Virus record (IMG/VR): IMGVR_UViG_3300050821_002122
Span: 1-64,000 of that record
Origin: a virus
Reading direction: 5' to 3' (one strand)
Length of the DNA: 64,000 bases
Position numbers and translations under genes: made by a program. Below are positions 43,095 through 51,644 of this stretch, piece after piece. Position 1 is the stretch's first letter; each line of letters begins with the position of its first letter. The notes beneath the pieces were generated by a model, which saw nothing but the letters and a program-made list of their open reading frames with translations, searched no databases and was not told the origin of the DNA.

Positions 43095-45256
43095 TCTTCA
43101 GCTCCTTCATATCGTTCTCCACTATCAGGAGTAATGATTATTATTGTGGGGAATATTTTGTTCAGCACTGGAATTAGGCGCTTAAACGATTCTGTCGTCT
43201 CTGGACTAAAATTCGCGGTCGGCTCATCCAAAAATAGAACGTTACACCGTTGACTTACTGGTCGGAAGGTCATCAGAGCCGCCATCAGTACCAAGGTGAA
43301 TAGTTTTGATTCAGCACCACTCAGTTTGCGCACATCAGAGGTCAACATCTTCTTACCGTGCTTGCGAGTCACCACTAAGGAGATTTGACTTCTGTCCCAG
43401 CTAAAGCTGAACTCAAAATCCTCAGGGAAGACCACACGAGCATACTTATTGACCTCCACCATCAGGCGCTTACTGATCGCCTGTATAGCCATTTTCTTTA
43501 CAGCTTTGTCGGAGTAACCGTCGACCAGAAGCTTCAGCGCTTCTTCGTCTTTCAATTCCTCTCGCATCTCAGTCAAGCGTTCTTTAAGACGCTTGTAGGT
43601 CTGCATCGCCTCACGACCAATAGCATACTTGGTCTTCAGGTTCGACAATTTGTCCTGTAACTCATTTATCTTTGCCTGCAACTTCGGACCGATTGAAGCA
43701 GCACCGCGTTGCTTAGCAGTCAGCTTACCCAGATCGATGATGGTCTCAAGGTTAGGATGAATGAATGTCAACAGGCTAATACGGTCACGATCCTCAGTGA
43801 CCATACGTTCTAGAACCTGCACCTCCAATTTCTTACCTTCAAACTTTTCTGGTTCGTCCGGTAGATTCTTGATCTCATCGAACGCCTCCATGTAGCGCGT
43901 ACTCTTGTCCATCGCAGCATTGAGGGCATCGATCTCTGATTCCTTTAACTCCTTACGAGCCTTCTTGTACTCCTCTATCGCAGTCTCGTATTCAGCGTAG
44001 GCATCGCATGCTTCGACCTCAGCTTCCAGTGTCTCTATCTTGTGCCTAAGTTTCTTGGGGCTCTTTACCGTAACATCCTGCCCGCAGGTTTCGCATTGAC
44101 CAGTCTTGAATTTCTTGGCATGGTCATACTGATGCTCAAGTGATTCGATTCGAGATTTCAGTTCCTTGCGACTGGTCTTAAGTTCATCAACTGCCTCAGG
44201 CTTACCAGATGCTACTATCTTGGTGGCCCATTTGAAGTTCTGATCTGCGGTGTGCCATTGTTCCTCCAAGCCACGGCGATCAGCGTAGAATGTTTTACAC
44301 AGTTTCGTGGCCTTACGCACACCATGTTTCGCAACTAACTTGGCTGCATCTTTGCCGAGGGAAGCCAAAGCCTTATCGTAACGACGAGTATCTTTCTGAT
44401 GCTGTTCCCAAGCACGGGCTTCCTCAAGGTCCTTCTTGTTGGTCCGAAGGTTCCACTTTGCGGTAGTCATCAACTCATCGAACGAGTCTACAGATATGTC
44501 ACCGGCAATACGACTGAACTCGGCGATCTGAGCAGCAGCGGACTTCTCAAATGCCAACAGTCGGCATATATCTTGAAGGCGCGTACTCTTTTCGTGCAGT
44601 GCCTCTAGTTCCTCAGCTGTGGCAGCTACCTTCGCCTTTAACTCACGGAGGTCTAGACCATCAACCTTATCCTTAGCGCGTGAATACTCTGCCTTCAGTT
44701 CAGTAAAGGCAGCACGCACCTTAGCGAGCTTAGACAGCTCAGCCAAGAAGAGGCGACGTTCGGTATCGATCTTATCCAAACCAAAGAAGGATGTGAAGAA
44801 CTTCTTACGTGCAGTTGAGTTACCCATAACCAGAGGATGCGGCACGCGAGCATCCGAATGCACATAGGTGTTGAAGTCCTCAATTGAGATAGGTAGCTTC
44901 TTGTCCAACCACTTCCGGGCCATCGGTTTAGTACGGAACCGCGATTTACCACCCTTCATGATTTTGAGGCCTGTACCAGACCGCTGAATATTGAAAGTCG
45001 TATCGCCGGCAGTCACATTTAGCAAGCGGGTACCTGTCTTCAAGGCATCCTGTTTCGTGCCAACCATAGGTTCGTCGAACAGGATTTCTCCCACTTGGCT
45101 GAAGAATGCGGATTTACCAGCACCGTTACCGTTACTCTTGCTTTTGCCGCCAGCAAGGTTCAAGCCGTAGATCGCAGAGACTCCAGGCTTAAAGTCGAAC
45201 TTTACGTCCTTGAAAAGCAAAGGACCTTTCAATCGGATTGAATTAAGTTTCAGCAT
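43025..45256 (-). CDS. sbcC: SbcC/Rad50/gp46-like SMC ATPase
   Basis: NGAGKS Walker A, coiled coils, CETC zinc hook, LSGAE signature and FLDEP Walker B. Confidence 0.9.
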   Translation of the reverse strand: MLKLNSIRLKGPLLFKDVKFDFKPGVSAIYGLNLAGGKSKSNGNGAGKSAFFSQVGEILFDEPMVGTKQDALKTGTRLLNVTAGDTTFNIQRSGTGLKIMKGGKSRFRTKPMARKWLDKKLPISIEDFNTYVHSDARVPHPLVMGNSTARKKFFTSFFGLDKIDTERRLFLAELSKLAKVRAAFTELKAEYSRAKDKVDGLDLRELKAKVAATAEELEALHEKSTRLQDICRLLAFEKSAAAQIAEFSRIAGDISVDSFDELMTTAKWNLRTNKKDLEEARAWEQHQKDTRRYDKALASLGKDAAKLVAKHGVRKATKLCKTFYADRRGLEEQWHTADQNFKWATKIVASGKPEAVDELKTSRKELKSRIESLEHQYDHAKKFKTGQCETCGQDVTVKSPKKLRHKIETLEAEVEACDAYAEYETAIEEYKKARKELKESEIDALNAAMDKSTRYMEAFDEIKNLPDEPEKFEGKKLEVQVLERMVTEDRDRISLLTFIHPNLETIIDLGKLTAKQRGAASIGPKLQAKINELQDKLSNLKTKYAIGREAMQTYKRLKERLTEMREELKDEEALKLLVDGYSDKAVKKMAIQAISKRLMVEVNKYARVVFPEDFEFSFSWDRSQISLVVTRKHGKKMLTSDVRKLSGAESKLFTLVLMAALMTFRPVSQRCNVLFLDEPTANFSPETTESFKRLIPVLNKIFPTIIIITPDSGERYEGAEEWTVVKTKVEAKLVKGHPQSVKL

Positions 45257-45509
45257 ACTTGATGGTGTAGAACATGAAGGCGTTGCGAACGTCGTTTATC
45301 GCTGGCTGAAGAAAATGATTCAGGAAACTACTACCAGCTGCTGGAGTCTCATCTTCCTCGTAAGAAATGAAAGTCATCTCCATCATGAGTTTATCTTTGC
45401 CCATGTTGACCCATACTTCAGTGTGCCCGTCACAGGTAACCCTACCTCTTAAAGGTACGGAGTCATATGGCAATGTCAGCTTGCCTTTACACTCGAATTT
45501 GGTAATCAT
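45243..45509 (-). CDS. Hypothetical protein
   Basis: 88-aa ORF coupled to both neighbours. Confidence 0.55.
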   Translation of the reverse strand: MITKFECKGKLTLPYDSVPLRGRVTCDGHTEVWVNMGKDKLMMEMTFISYEEDETPAAGSSFLNHFLQPAINDVRNAFMFYTIKYAET

Positions 45510-46591
45510 TTTGGATACAGCTCCTTAATGAGACGATACAGACGCAGACTCAATACCTCTTCCACTGGTGCGGCGAATTGCGTGATTTGAATCTTGGCCT
45601 CGATAAGGCTCGCGTTAGTGGCTGCCAGAGTACCCAGCGTAATTCCCTTGGCTTTGGCCATCAACTCCTTTGCAGTCTTCGATGGCCAGACCTTAGGATG
45701 CCGCTTGCCGTCCAGAGCCGCAGTGTTGAGCAAGTAAGTATTGGCCCACAGTAGTTTGTTCACGAAGGTAAACGATTCTTGGATGTCCAGCAGACTACGC
45801 TGAACGATCTTGAACTTACCTTCGTAGACAGCAAGCATGACTTCAACCGCAAGAACCTCATCGGAGTTCTCGGTGGATGCCAAGACGACGCTTAGGTCAT
45901 CTTTCGTCAGCATCTTCGGTTTCTTTTCTAGACCGTCATAGTACTGCTGTGCTGCCTCGACTAGGTTCGCAGTCGTTCGCATTTCGGTAGCGCCCTCAAC
46001 CAACATCTTCAGCAGCTTATTTTCGTCATCCATGATGTACGACATTTTCTCTGCCTTGGCAATGCGATACGCCTGTTTTAGCAAATCTTTTGGCGTATGT
46101 GGCGACAGAATGATCTGCGAGCACCTGTTGATTATAGCTCGACCCAGCTGCGTCGATTGGAACTTAGCAGGGTCCATACTGCACACGATAAAGGTCGTGT
46201 TCTTTGGCGCGTCTTCCAGCATTTTCAGAATCGCGTTTCCTGCAACTGGATTACCCAGCAGACCATGTGCCTCATCGATGCAGATAATGCGTCGCTTCAA
46301 CTGCGGTCTAAACTTTGCCGTCTGCTGCATCTGCCGGATATCATCGATGGAGCGGTCCACCGATGCGTTTATTTCGATATAATCGCGACTCTCACCGATG
46401 TCTTTCAGCCCGTTGATGGCTGCTGCTAAGGCCCGGCTGAACGTGGTTTTACCAGCCGATGTAGGACCAAAAAATGCAATCGCACTCGGTATATTTCCAG
46501 AGGTCACCATACCACGCAGCCGTGTTACTGCTGCCTCATGACCGATGATGCGCTCAAGGTTACGTGGGCGATATTTTGTGTGAAAGCTCAT
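45506..46591 (-). CDS. dnaX: Clamp loader AAA+ subunit (DnaX/RFC-like)
   Basis: FHTKYRP...IIGHE, GPTSAGKT, IDEAH, LLKMLE-like ILKMLED and SRC-like NRC. Start set at 46591 (ATGA). Confidence 0.85.
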   Translation of the reverse strand: MSFHTKYRPRNLERIIGHEAAVTRLRGMVTSGNIPSAIAFFGPTSAGKTTFSRALAAAINGLKDIGESRDYIEINASVDRSIDDIRQMQQTAKFRPQLKRRIICIDEAHGLLGNPVAGNAILKMLEDAPKNTTFIVCSMDPAKFQSTQLGRAIINRCSQIILSPHTPKDLLKQAYRIAKAEKMSYIMDDENKLLKMLVEGATEMRTTANLVEAAQQYYDGLEKKPKMLTKDDLSVVLASTENSDEVLAVEVMLAVYEGKFKIVQRSLLDIQESFTFVNKLLWANTYLLNTAALDGKRHPKVWPSKTAKELMAKAKGITLGTLAATNASLIEAKIQITQFAAPVEEVLSLRLYRLIKELYPK

Positions 46592-46884
46592 GCTAGTGAT
46601 TTCCAATTGTGCAGTGAATTGACGCCGTTGCTAAGAACGTCCCTCGCTACTTGATTTATGTGAGAAGAGATTCGGTGATCACCATCAATCACCGAACGAT
46701 TAGCTGTGTAGAAGCCTGTCATGATCTGATGACCACGCAACCGAGCGGTGGCATATACGCTGTCATTGCTGACTGTCAAAGTGATTTCGATTCCATCGTG
46801 TATCTGTCTGTAGGAACCAGAGTCTTTGTACTCTGGTAGCTCGTAACCACAGTGCAATATCTTACTCAACCACTTTGGCATCAT
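46588..46884 (-). CDS. Hypothetical protein
   Basis: 98-aa ORF with an AGGAG RBS. Confidence 0.55.
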   Translation of the reverse strand: MMPKWLSKILHCGYELPEYKDSGSYRQIHDGIEITLTVSNDSVYATARLRGHQIMTGFYTANRSVIDGDHRISSHINQVARDVLSNGVNSLHNWKSLA

Positions 46885-46890
46885 AAGCTC

Positions 46891-47109
46891 CTATTTCTTT
46901 TTGGCGGCCCAGCTTTCGACCTCGGCCTTCACGTACTTGCGGCAGCGCTTGGATGCCGATTCGTACAGTTCATCCAAGACCTCCTTATGGTCATCGTCTT
47001 TTCCAACCTCAGCAGTCTCTGTCACCGTGATGGTCGATGGGTTGTATTGTGGCTCTTGGATGGTCTTAGTAACCACCACGCTCACGGTTTTTCTTTTCGT
47101 ACTAGGCAT
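46891..47109 (-). CDS. Hypothetical protein
   Basis: AAAGGAG RBS before MPSTKRK at 47109. Confidence 0.6.
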   Translation of the reverse strand: MPSTKRKTVSVVVTKTIQEPQYNPSTITVTETAEVGKDDDHKEVLDELYESASKRCRKYVKAEVESWAAKKK

Positions 47110-47294
47110 AGCTTCTCCTTTGGATTGTATTGAACGATGTTGCCCCACTTGTTGACGTAGACCACATCGTCTTCGTGATTGTATGCGACGTCACCATGAT
47201 TGGGTAGCTTCTTTACAGTAGGTACTGCACCAGCCCTGAAGCTACGAAGTAGTGGACGTTTACCGAACCAGTCAAACATACTCAGCCATTTCAT
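47082..47294 (-). CDS. Hypothetical protein
   Basis: AAAGGAGG RBS and an upstream AGTAAATA box. Confidence 0.55.
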   Translation of the reverse strand: MKWLSMFDWFGKRPLLRSFRAGAVPTVKKLPNHGDVAYNHEDDVVYVNKWGNIVQYNPKEKLCLVRKEKP

Positions 47295-47312
47295 GATGAC
47301 CTCCTTTGTCTT

Positions 47313-47320
47313 TATTTACT
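47313..47320 (-). promoter_or_regulatory. Putative early/middle promoter box AGTAAATA
   Basis: About 19 nt upstream of start 47294. It overlaps the upstream stop codon. Confidence 0.35.
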
Positions 47321-48173
47321 GTAGTTCACTTAGAGGCAGTCTATGTGCCTCCTTCCCCTTCTGGTACGCTTTCCTAATCTGGGTCTTCAAGCTGATATCG
47401 AGCTTGCAGGTGCGACAGTATGGATTCTTACAGCGACCATAACGAGCCAATGCGATTGCTTCATTAGCTGTTGCAACTGCCAGCACCTCTTTCAACATCC
47501 GCTTGTAGCCCTTCATTTCCTTCTTGGCTTTGGCGAAGTCATCATCGTCCATTTCCTTGATCCATACCTTGGGCTCCGTGGGATTATCGCGCTTGATAAA
47601 CATCAGCATCACACCCGCAACACGAATACCATACTGTAGCCATAACATCAATGCGTAAGCACGTACTTGCGCTTTGTAGACAGGACCAGGATTCTTCTCT
47701 TTATAGATGATGCCTTTGACCGATGAAGTCTTGAAGTCCACAATCCAGTACCGACCTTCGCTGTCTTGAAACACAGCATCAATATGACCAATCACTCCTT
47801 TGTGATTGATCGATATCTCATGGTAGTCCATATCGAAGTCGCAGCATTCGTGGCGTGTCGTCAACTCATGCCGCTTACCGCACTGCCGACACTGCCATGT
47901 TGCCAAGAAACGACCACTCGTACCCAAATACTTCTGAACCACTGAGTGAACTGCTGTGCCAACTTCCATGTAGAAACTGCTGACCATGTCAGTCATACGG
48001 AGCGCACCAAACGTGGCAGCGCTGATAAACACACCTACGGGGCATATCGGTAGCTGCGATGGCCTTACAAACTTGATTCGGTTAATGTCGCCCTTAGATA
48101 TCAAATGCTTTTCGGATGATTCCTTATAGACAGCCAGCAGCTCTCTTACCACTTGTTTAGTTTTCATTGGCAT
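47316..48173 (-). CDS. Solo Cas4/RecB-like PD-(D/E)xK exonuclease with predicted 4-Cys Fe-S cluster
   Basis: RPSQLPICP, GTAVH, GHIDAV, IVDFKT, QVRAYA and C-terminal CKNPYCRTC. Start uncertain (48197, 48173 or 48167). Confidence 0.8.
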   Translation of the reverse strand: MPMKTKQVVRELLAVYKESSEKHLISKGDINRIKFVRPSQLPICPVGVFISAATFGALRMTDMVSSFYMEVGTAVHSVVQKYLGTSGRFLATWQCRQCGKRHELTTRHECCDFDMDYHEISINHKGVIGHIDAVFQDSEGRYWIVDFKTSSVKGIIYKEKNPGPVYKAQVRAYALMLWLQYGIRVAGVMLMFIKRDNPTEPKVWIKEMDDDDFAKAKKEMKGYKRMLKEVLAVATANEAIALARYGRCKNPYCRTCKLDISLKTQIRKAYQKGKEAHRLPLSELQ

Positions 48174-48181
48174 CAATTTTA
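48174..48181 (+). promoter_or_regulatory. Putative late-promoter box CAATTTTA
   Basis: At the strand switch, upstream of the fibre cassette. Confidence 0.5.
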
Positions 48182-48207
48182 TGAGGAATTCATTCAAGGG
48201 GAACTAC

Positions 48208-50763
48208 GTGAACAGCCAGCTTACTACCTTCGGGGTCACATTATTTAACGCAAGTCCTACACCGCCTTTTTTGTCAGCGTTCAAGCTGGCAACTGATTAC
48301 AATTTTTTGCCGCAAGAGAGCGATACCGATGTTCACGGCGCTGTGGTGGGTCCAGTCGGTGGCATTCCTTCTGCACCGGAGATTGTCAATGGTAATTTGG
48401 TCAAATACTCTGTCTACCTGGACTTTAGCGTAGGCGATTTTGACTTTGGTAACATCGGACTTTTTCTTGGAAATAATCTGGTATCGCTGAGCGCATCAAC
48501 GACTCCTATCCCTAAAATTGCAGGCGGCATCTCTGGCAATAGCCTGCGCGTTGACATCTACCTATCGATGGTAGGCACAAATTACGAGATGTGGGCAGAT
48601 TTGGCGGAATCCAACAATAGGTTTCAGGTGGCGCGTTTATCCTCGCCTGATCTGATGCCGCCTGCAAAGGACTCGACGCCAAACATGTATGTCATTGCTG
48701 GTGCTGACACCACGCAGAGCAGCATATTGGCATACACCGACCGTGAGTCGTTGTGGAATTTCGACGCTTACCAATTCAGTTCGGTACTGAGTGCACCAAT
48801 CGTTGGTTTCGACAGCACTTCGGTCACGATAGCAACAGCCGACTTCTCCGACGATATTAATCCGGCGTACCTCGGTCAGGTCATTTTGCAGTTCACTACT
48901 GGCACGTTGTACTCGATTTGCCGTTATGTCAGCCACGCAATCCAAAACGGGTCGACCGTAACGTTGGTATTCGTTACTGCGCTTACCGAGACACCGATCG
49001 TCAACGACAAATTCCAAGTCTTCCGCCGCAACGCAGGATCAGTTGAGACTCCGTTGCCAATAGCTACCGCAACCACACTAGGTGGCATCAAGATCGGTAC
49101 TGGTCTGGTGGTCACCCCTGATGGCCTGTGTTCGATTGATCCATCACTGCTAGGCACAGTGACCTCTGTAAATGGTCAGACCGGTACTGTTACAGTCAAT
49201 GCTACCAATCTGCCTGGTCTTTCGGCTGTTGGTAAAAGCGGTCTCTACAGTGATTTGATCGGGGCACCACCAGCGTATGTGTTGCCTCCTATGTCGACCA
49301 GCGTTCGCGGTGGCGCTCGCATTGGCCCATCGGGTAATCTGACCATCTTCGGCATAGATCAACTCGATTTGAGCTTCCAACCAGTCAAGTCAGTCAACGG
49401 TAATTTACCAGATGGCAATGGTCTGGTGACTGTGGCATTGAACGACATTGGTCTCGTGAATCCGCAGGCTCTGCCCACGACGGTCAATCTTGATGCCTAT
49501 ACCACGACTGGACTATTTACTGTGTCGGCTGCTATAGCCCCAAGCTTGGTGAACGCCCCAACAACGAACGATGCGGCTACTTTGGAAGTCGTACCCCTGT
49601 CGGTTACCGGTACTGGTGATTCGATTCAACGTTGGACTACTGCCACTGCTCAGTACTGGCGCAAGTCCACGAGTGGCACGTGGGGTGCATGGAATCAAGC
49701 AGCAGCTTTGAACATAGCAACTACCTCCACGTTGGGTGTCGTTAAAATCGGTAGCGGTTTAGCTATAGCCGTTGATGGTACTCTGACCAATGCATACAAC
49801 CTGCCGGTGGCTACCACATCGCTGCTAGGTGGCGTGCGCGTTGGTGTCGGTCTGACCGTCGATTCTTTCGGCACCATAAGCACTACCAATATCCTGCCTA
49901 TTGCTACTGCAACGGTATTAGGTGGTATAAAAGTTGGCAGCGGTCTTGCTGTTACTACGGATGGGACATTGAGCGTGAGCCTTCCCATTGCATCCATCAC
50001 GACTTTGGGTGTTATCAAGGTTGGTAGCGGATTAGCAATAGCAGGCGACGGTACGTTGAGCGCAAATTCGACATTGCCAACGGCCTCCGCATCGACCTTG
50101 GGTGGCATCAAGATAGGTCCCGGTCTCAGCATCGATAGCAACGGAGTGGTCACTGCATCAACGACCTATACGTTGCCCATAGCGTCGGCCTCTATATTAG
50201 GTGGTATCAAAATCGGTAGCGGGTTGAGCATCGCTGGCGATGGTACGGTATCTGCGTCGTCAACCTACAATCTGCCGATAGCTAGTTCTGTAGTATTGGG
50301 TGGCGTGAAAGTGGGTAGTGGTTTGTCAGTTGCAGGTGATGGTACATTGTCTACCTCTGTTGACCCCAACAACAAGCTGAACGTCATCAGCGGTACTGCA
50401 CAAGGCCTGATGCTCAAGGTTAACGCAATGGGTGTCGTATCGTCGGCTATTAATGGCAGCATGACTACCGCCAACGTACAATCAGCTACCTTCACTGGTG
50501 GTGCCGTAACATGGACGTTGAGTGGATTTGTGGCCAATTCCTATGGTGAGATAGAGTTCTTCTTGACCAACGCAGGACTAGCAACCCACACGTTCCCATC
50601 GGCTGTACACTGGGTGAATCCTGATGGAACCACAACAACCAGCTTTACTACTTACATCGGCAATTTGCGTAGCGGTGCCACGAACTTCCAAACTTCAGGT
50701 ATTGACTTCGTTATCTTCTGGTCGATTGACGGCGGTACTAACATCTACGCGAAGGTGCTGTAA
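48208..50763 (+). CDS. Tail fibre protein 1 (baseplate-anchor N-terminus, LPIA...LGG(I/V)K(V/I)GSGL repeats)
   Basis: GTG start at 48208 with an AAGGGG RBS aligns with paralog 51645. Many ~30-aa repeats and TSVNGQTG.V. Confidence 0.8.
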   Translation: MNSQLTTFGVTLFNASPTPPFLSAFKLATDYNFLPQESDTDVHGAVVGPVGGIPSAPEIVNGNLVKYSVYLDFSVGDFDFGNIGLFLGNNLVSLSASTTPIPKIAGGISGNSLRVDIYLSMVGTNYEMWADLAESNNRFQVARLSSPDLMPPAKDSTPNMYVIAGADTTQSSILAYTDRESLWNFDAYQFSSVLSAPIVGFDSTSVTIATADFSDDINPAYLGQVILQFTTGTLYSICRYVSHAIQNGSTVTLVFVTALTETPIVNDKFQVFRRNAGSVETPLPIATATTLGGIKIGTGLVVTPDGLCSIDPSLLGTVTSVNGQTGTVTVNATNLPGLSAVGKSGLYSDLIGAPPAYVLPPMSTSVRGGARIGPSGNLTIFGIDQLDLSFQPVKSVNGNLPDGNGLVTVALNDIGLVNPQALPTTVNLDAYTTTGLFTVSAAIAPSLVNAPTTNDAATLEVVPLSVTGTGDSIQRWTTATAQYWRKSTSGTWGAWNQAAALNIATTSTLGVVKIGSGLAIAVDGTLTNAYNLPVATTSLLGGVRVGVGLTVDSFGTISTTNILPIATATVLGGIKVGSGLAVTTDGTLSVSLPIASITTLGVIKVGSGLAIAGDGTLSANSTLPTASASTLGGIKIGPGLSIDSNGVVTASTTYTLPIASASILGGIKIGSGLSIAGDGTVSASSTYNLPIASSVVLGGVKVGSGLSVAGDGTLSTSVDPNNKLNVISGTAQGLMLKVNAMGVVSSAINGSMTTANVQSATFTGGAVTWTLSGFVANSYGEIEFFLTNAGLATHTFPSAVHWVNPDGTTTTSFTTYIGNLRSGATNFQTSGIDFVIFWSIDGGTNIYAKVL
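49196..49254 (+). repeat. 59-nt exact direct repeat, copy 1
   Basis: TCAATGCTACCAATCTGCCTGGTCTTTCGGCTGTTGGTAAAAGCGGTCTCTACAGTGAT, identical to 52630-52688. Confidence 0.9.
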
Positions 50764-51635
50764 TGACTCTCATGCGGAAATACAGTAGGGGAGGTATATC
50801 CGTAACACCTCCACCGACCGACGGTGCATATGCGATATTCAAAGCTTCAAGTGGGCTAGCGTCCGCCAAATACATATTCAGCAGCAACTCGGTGAGTGCT
50901 GGACCTGCGCTTACGCAAACTAATACCATCTTGGCCGCAGCAAACACATCATTTGGTATATTTATGTGTTCAGGCAGTACGCTGTCATCCAAGATAGTGT
51001 TCACCACATCAACCGTCGTCAATGGTGCTTCACTGAATTTGGTTAGTGGTAGCGGTGGAGTAGGCGTTGGTAACCAAGACATTGGTTTGTTCTGCGGTAA
51101 CGTGACCGGCAATGCACCAACAGCGACCTACACGTATGCGAACGCGACGGTGGCACCTGGTACTTCACTTAATGCTAACATGGGTGGTGGTGTGGGTGTT
51201 GGTGATAGCACTCGGGCCATAGTCGCATTAGGTAGTGGGACAAGCGGTTCGACCAACACAGAGACCTATGCTTATTCGGATGGGTCTGTTGGCAATGGTA
51301 CGAGCCTGACAACCGATGTAAAGAATGGGGCATCTACGACCAACTCGACTTTTGGCCTCATCGCTGTTGGTGGTAGTGTGGCATCTAAAGTAACCGAGAA
51401 GTACACATTCGCCGACGATTCGGTCACCAGTGGGACACAATTGCTTGCCGCAACATCAACTCTCAAGGCAGCTGGTAATGGAGTGATGGGGATATTTGAG
51501 GTCTCCACGTCAGGTTTAACTAACGCCTATATTTATGCTGGAGATAGCGTGGTGACCGGTACCAACTTGGCGACCTCCATATCTGCAACCAACCCAGCGG
51601 CAGCCAGCAATGGTATCGCTGGTGTAACCACATAA
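50763..51635 (+). CDS. Fibre-associated beta-propeller-like protein 1 (putative receptor-binding/adhesin)
   Basis: Six ~43-aa Gly/Ser/Thr-rich repeats with T..YTY...SV..G..L. Confidence 0.6.
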   Translation: MTLMRKYSRGGISVTPPPTDGAYAIFKASSGLASAKYIFSSNSVSAGPALTQTNTILAAANTSFGIFMCSGSTLSSKIVFTTSTVVNGASLNLVSGSGGVGVGNQDIGLFCGNVTGNAPTATYTYANATVAPGTSLNANMGGGVGVGDSTRAIVALGSGTSGSTNTETYAYSDGSVGNGTSLTTDVKNGASTTNSTFGLIAVGGSVASKVTEKYTFADDSVTSGTQLLAATSTLKAAGNGVMGIFEVSTSGLTNAYIYAGDSVVTGTNLATSISATNPAAASNGIAGVTT

Positions 51636-51644
51636 AGGATTATC

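Noticed and set aside
47316-48197. CRISPR-Cas locus
   Set aside because: Only a solo Cas4-like gene is present. I saw no repeat-spacer array and no other cas genes in the window.
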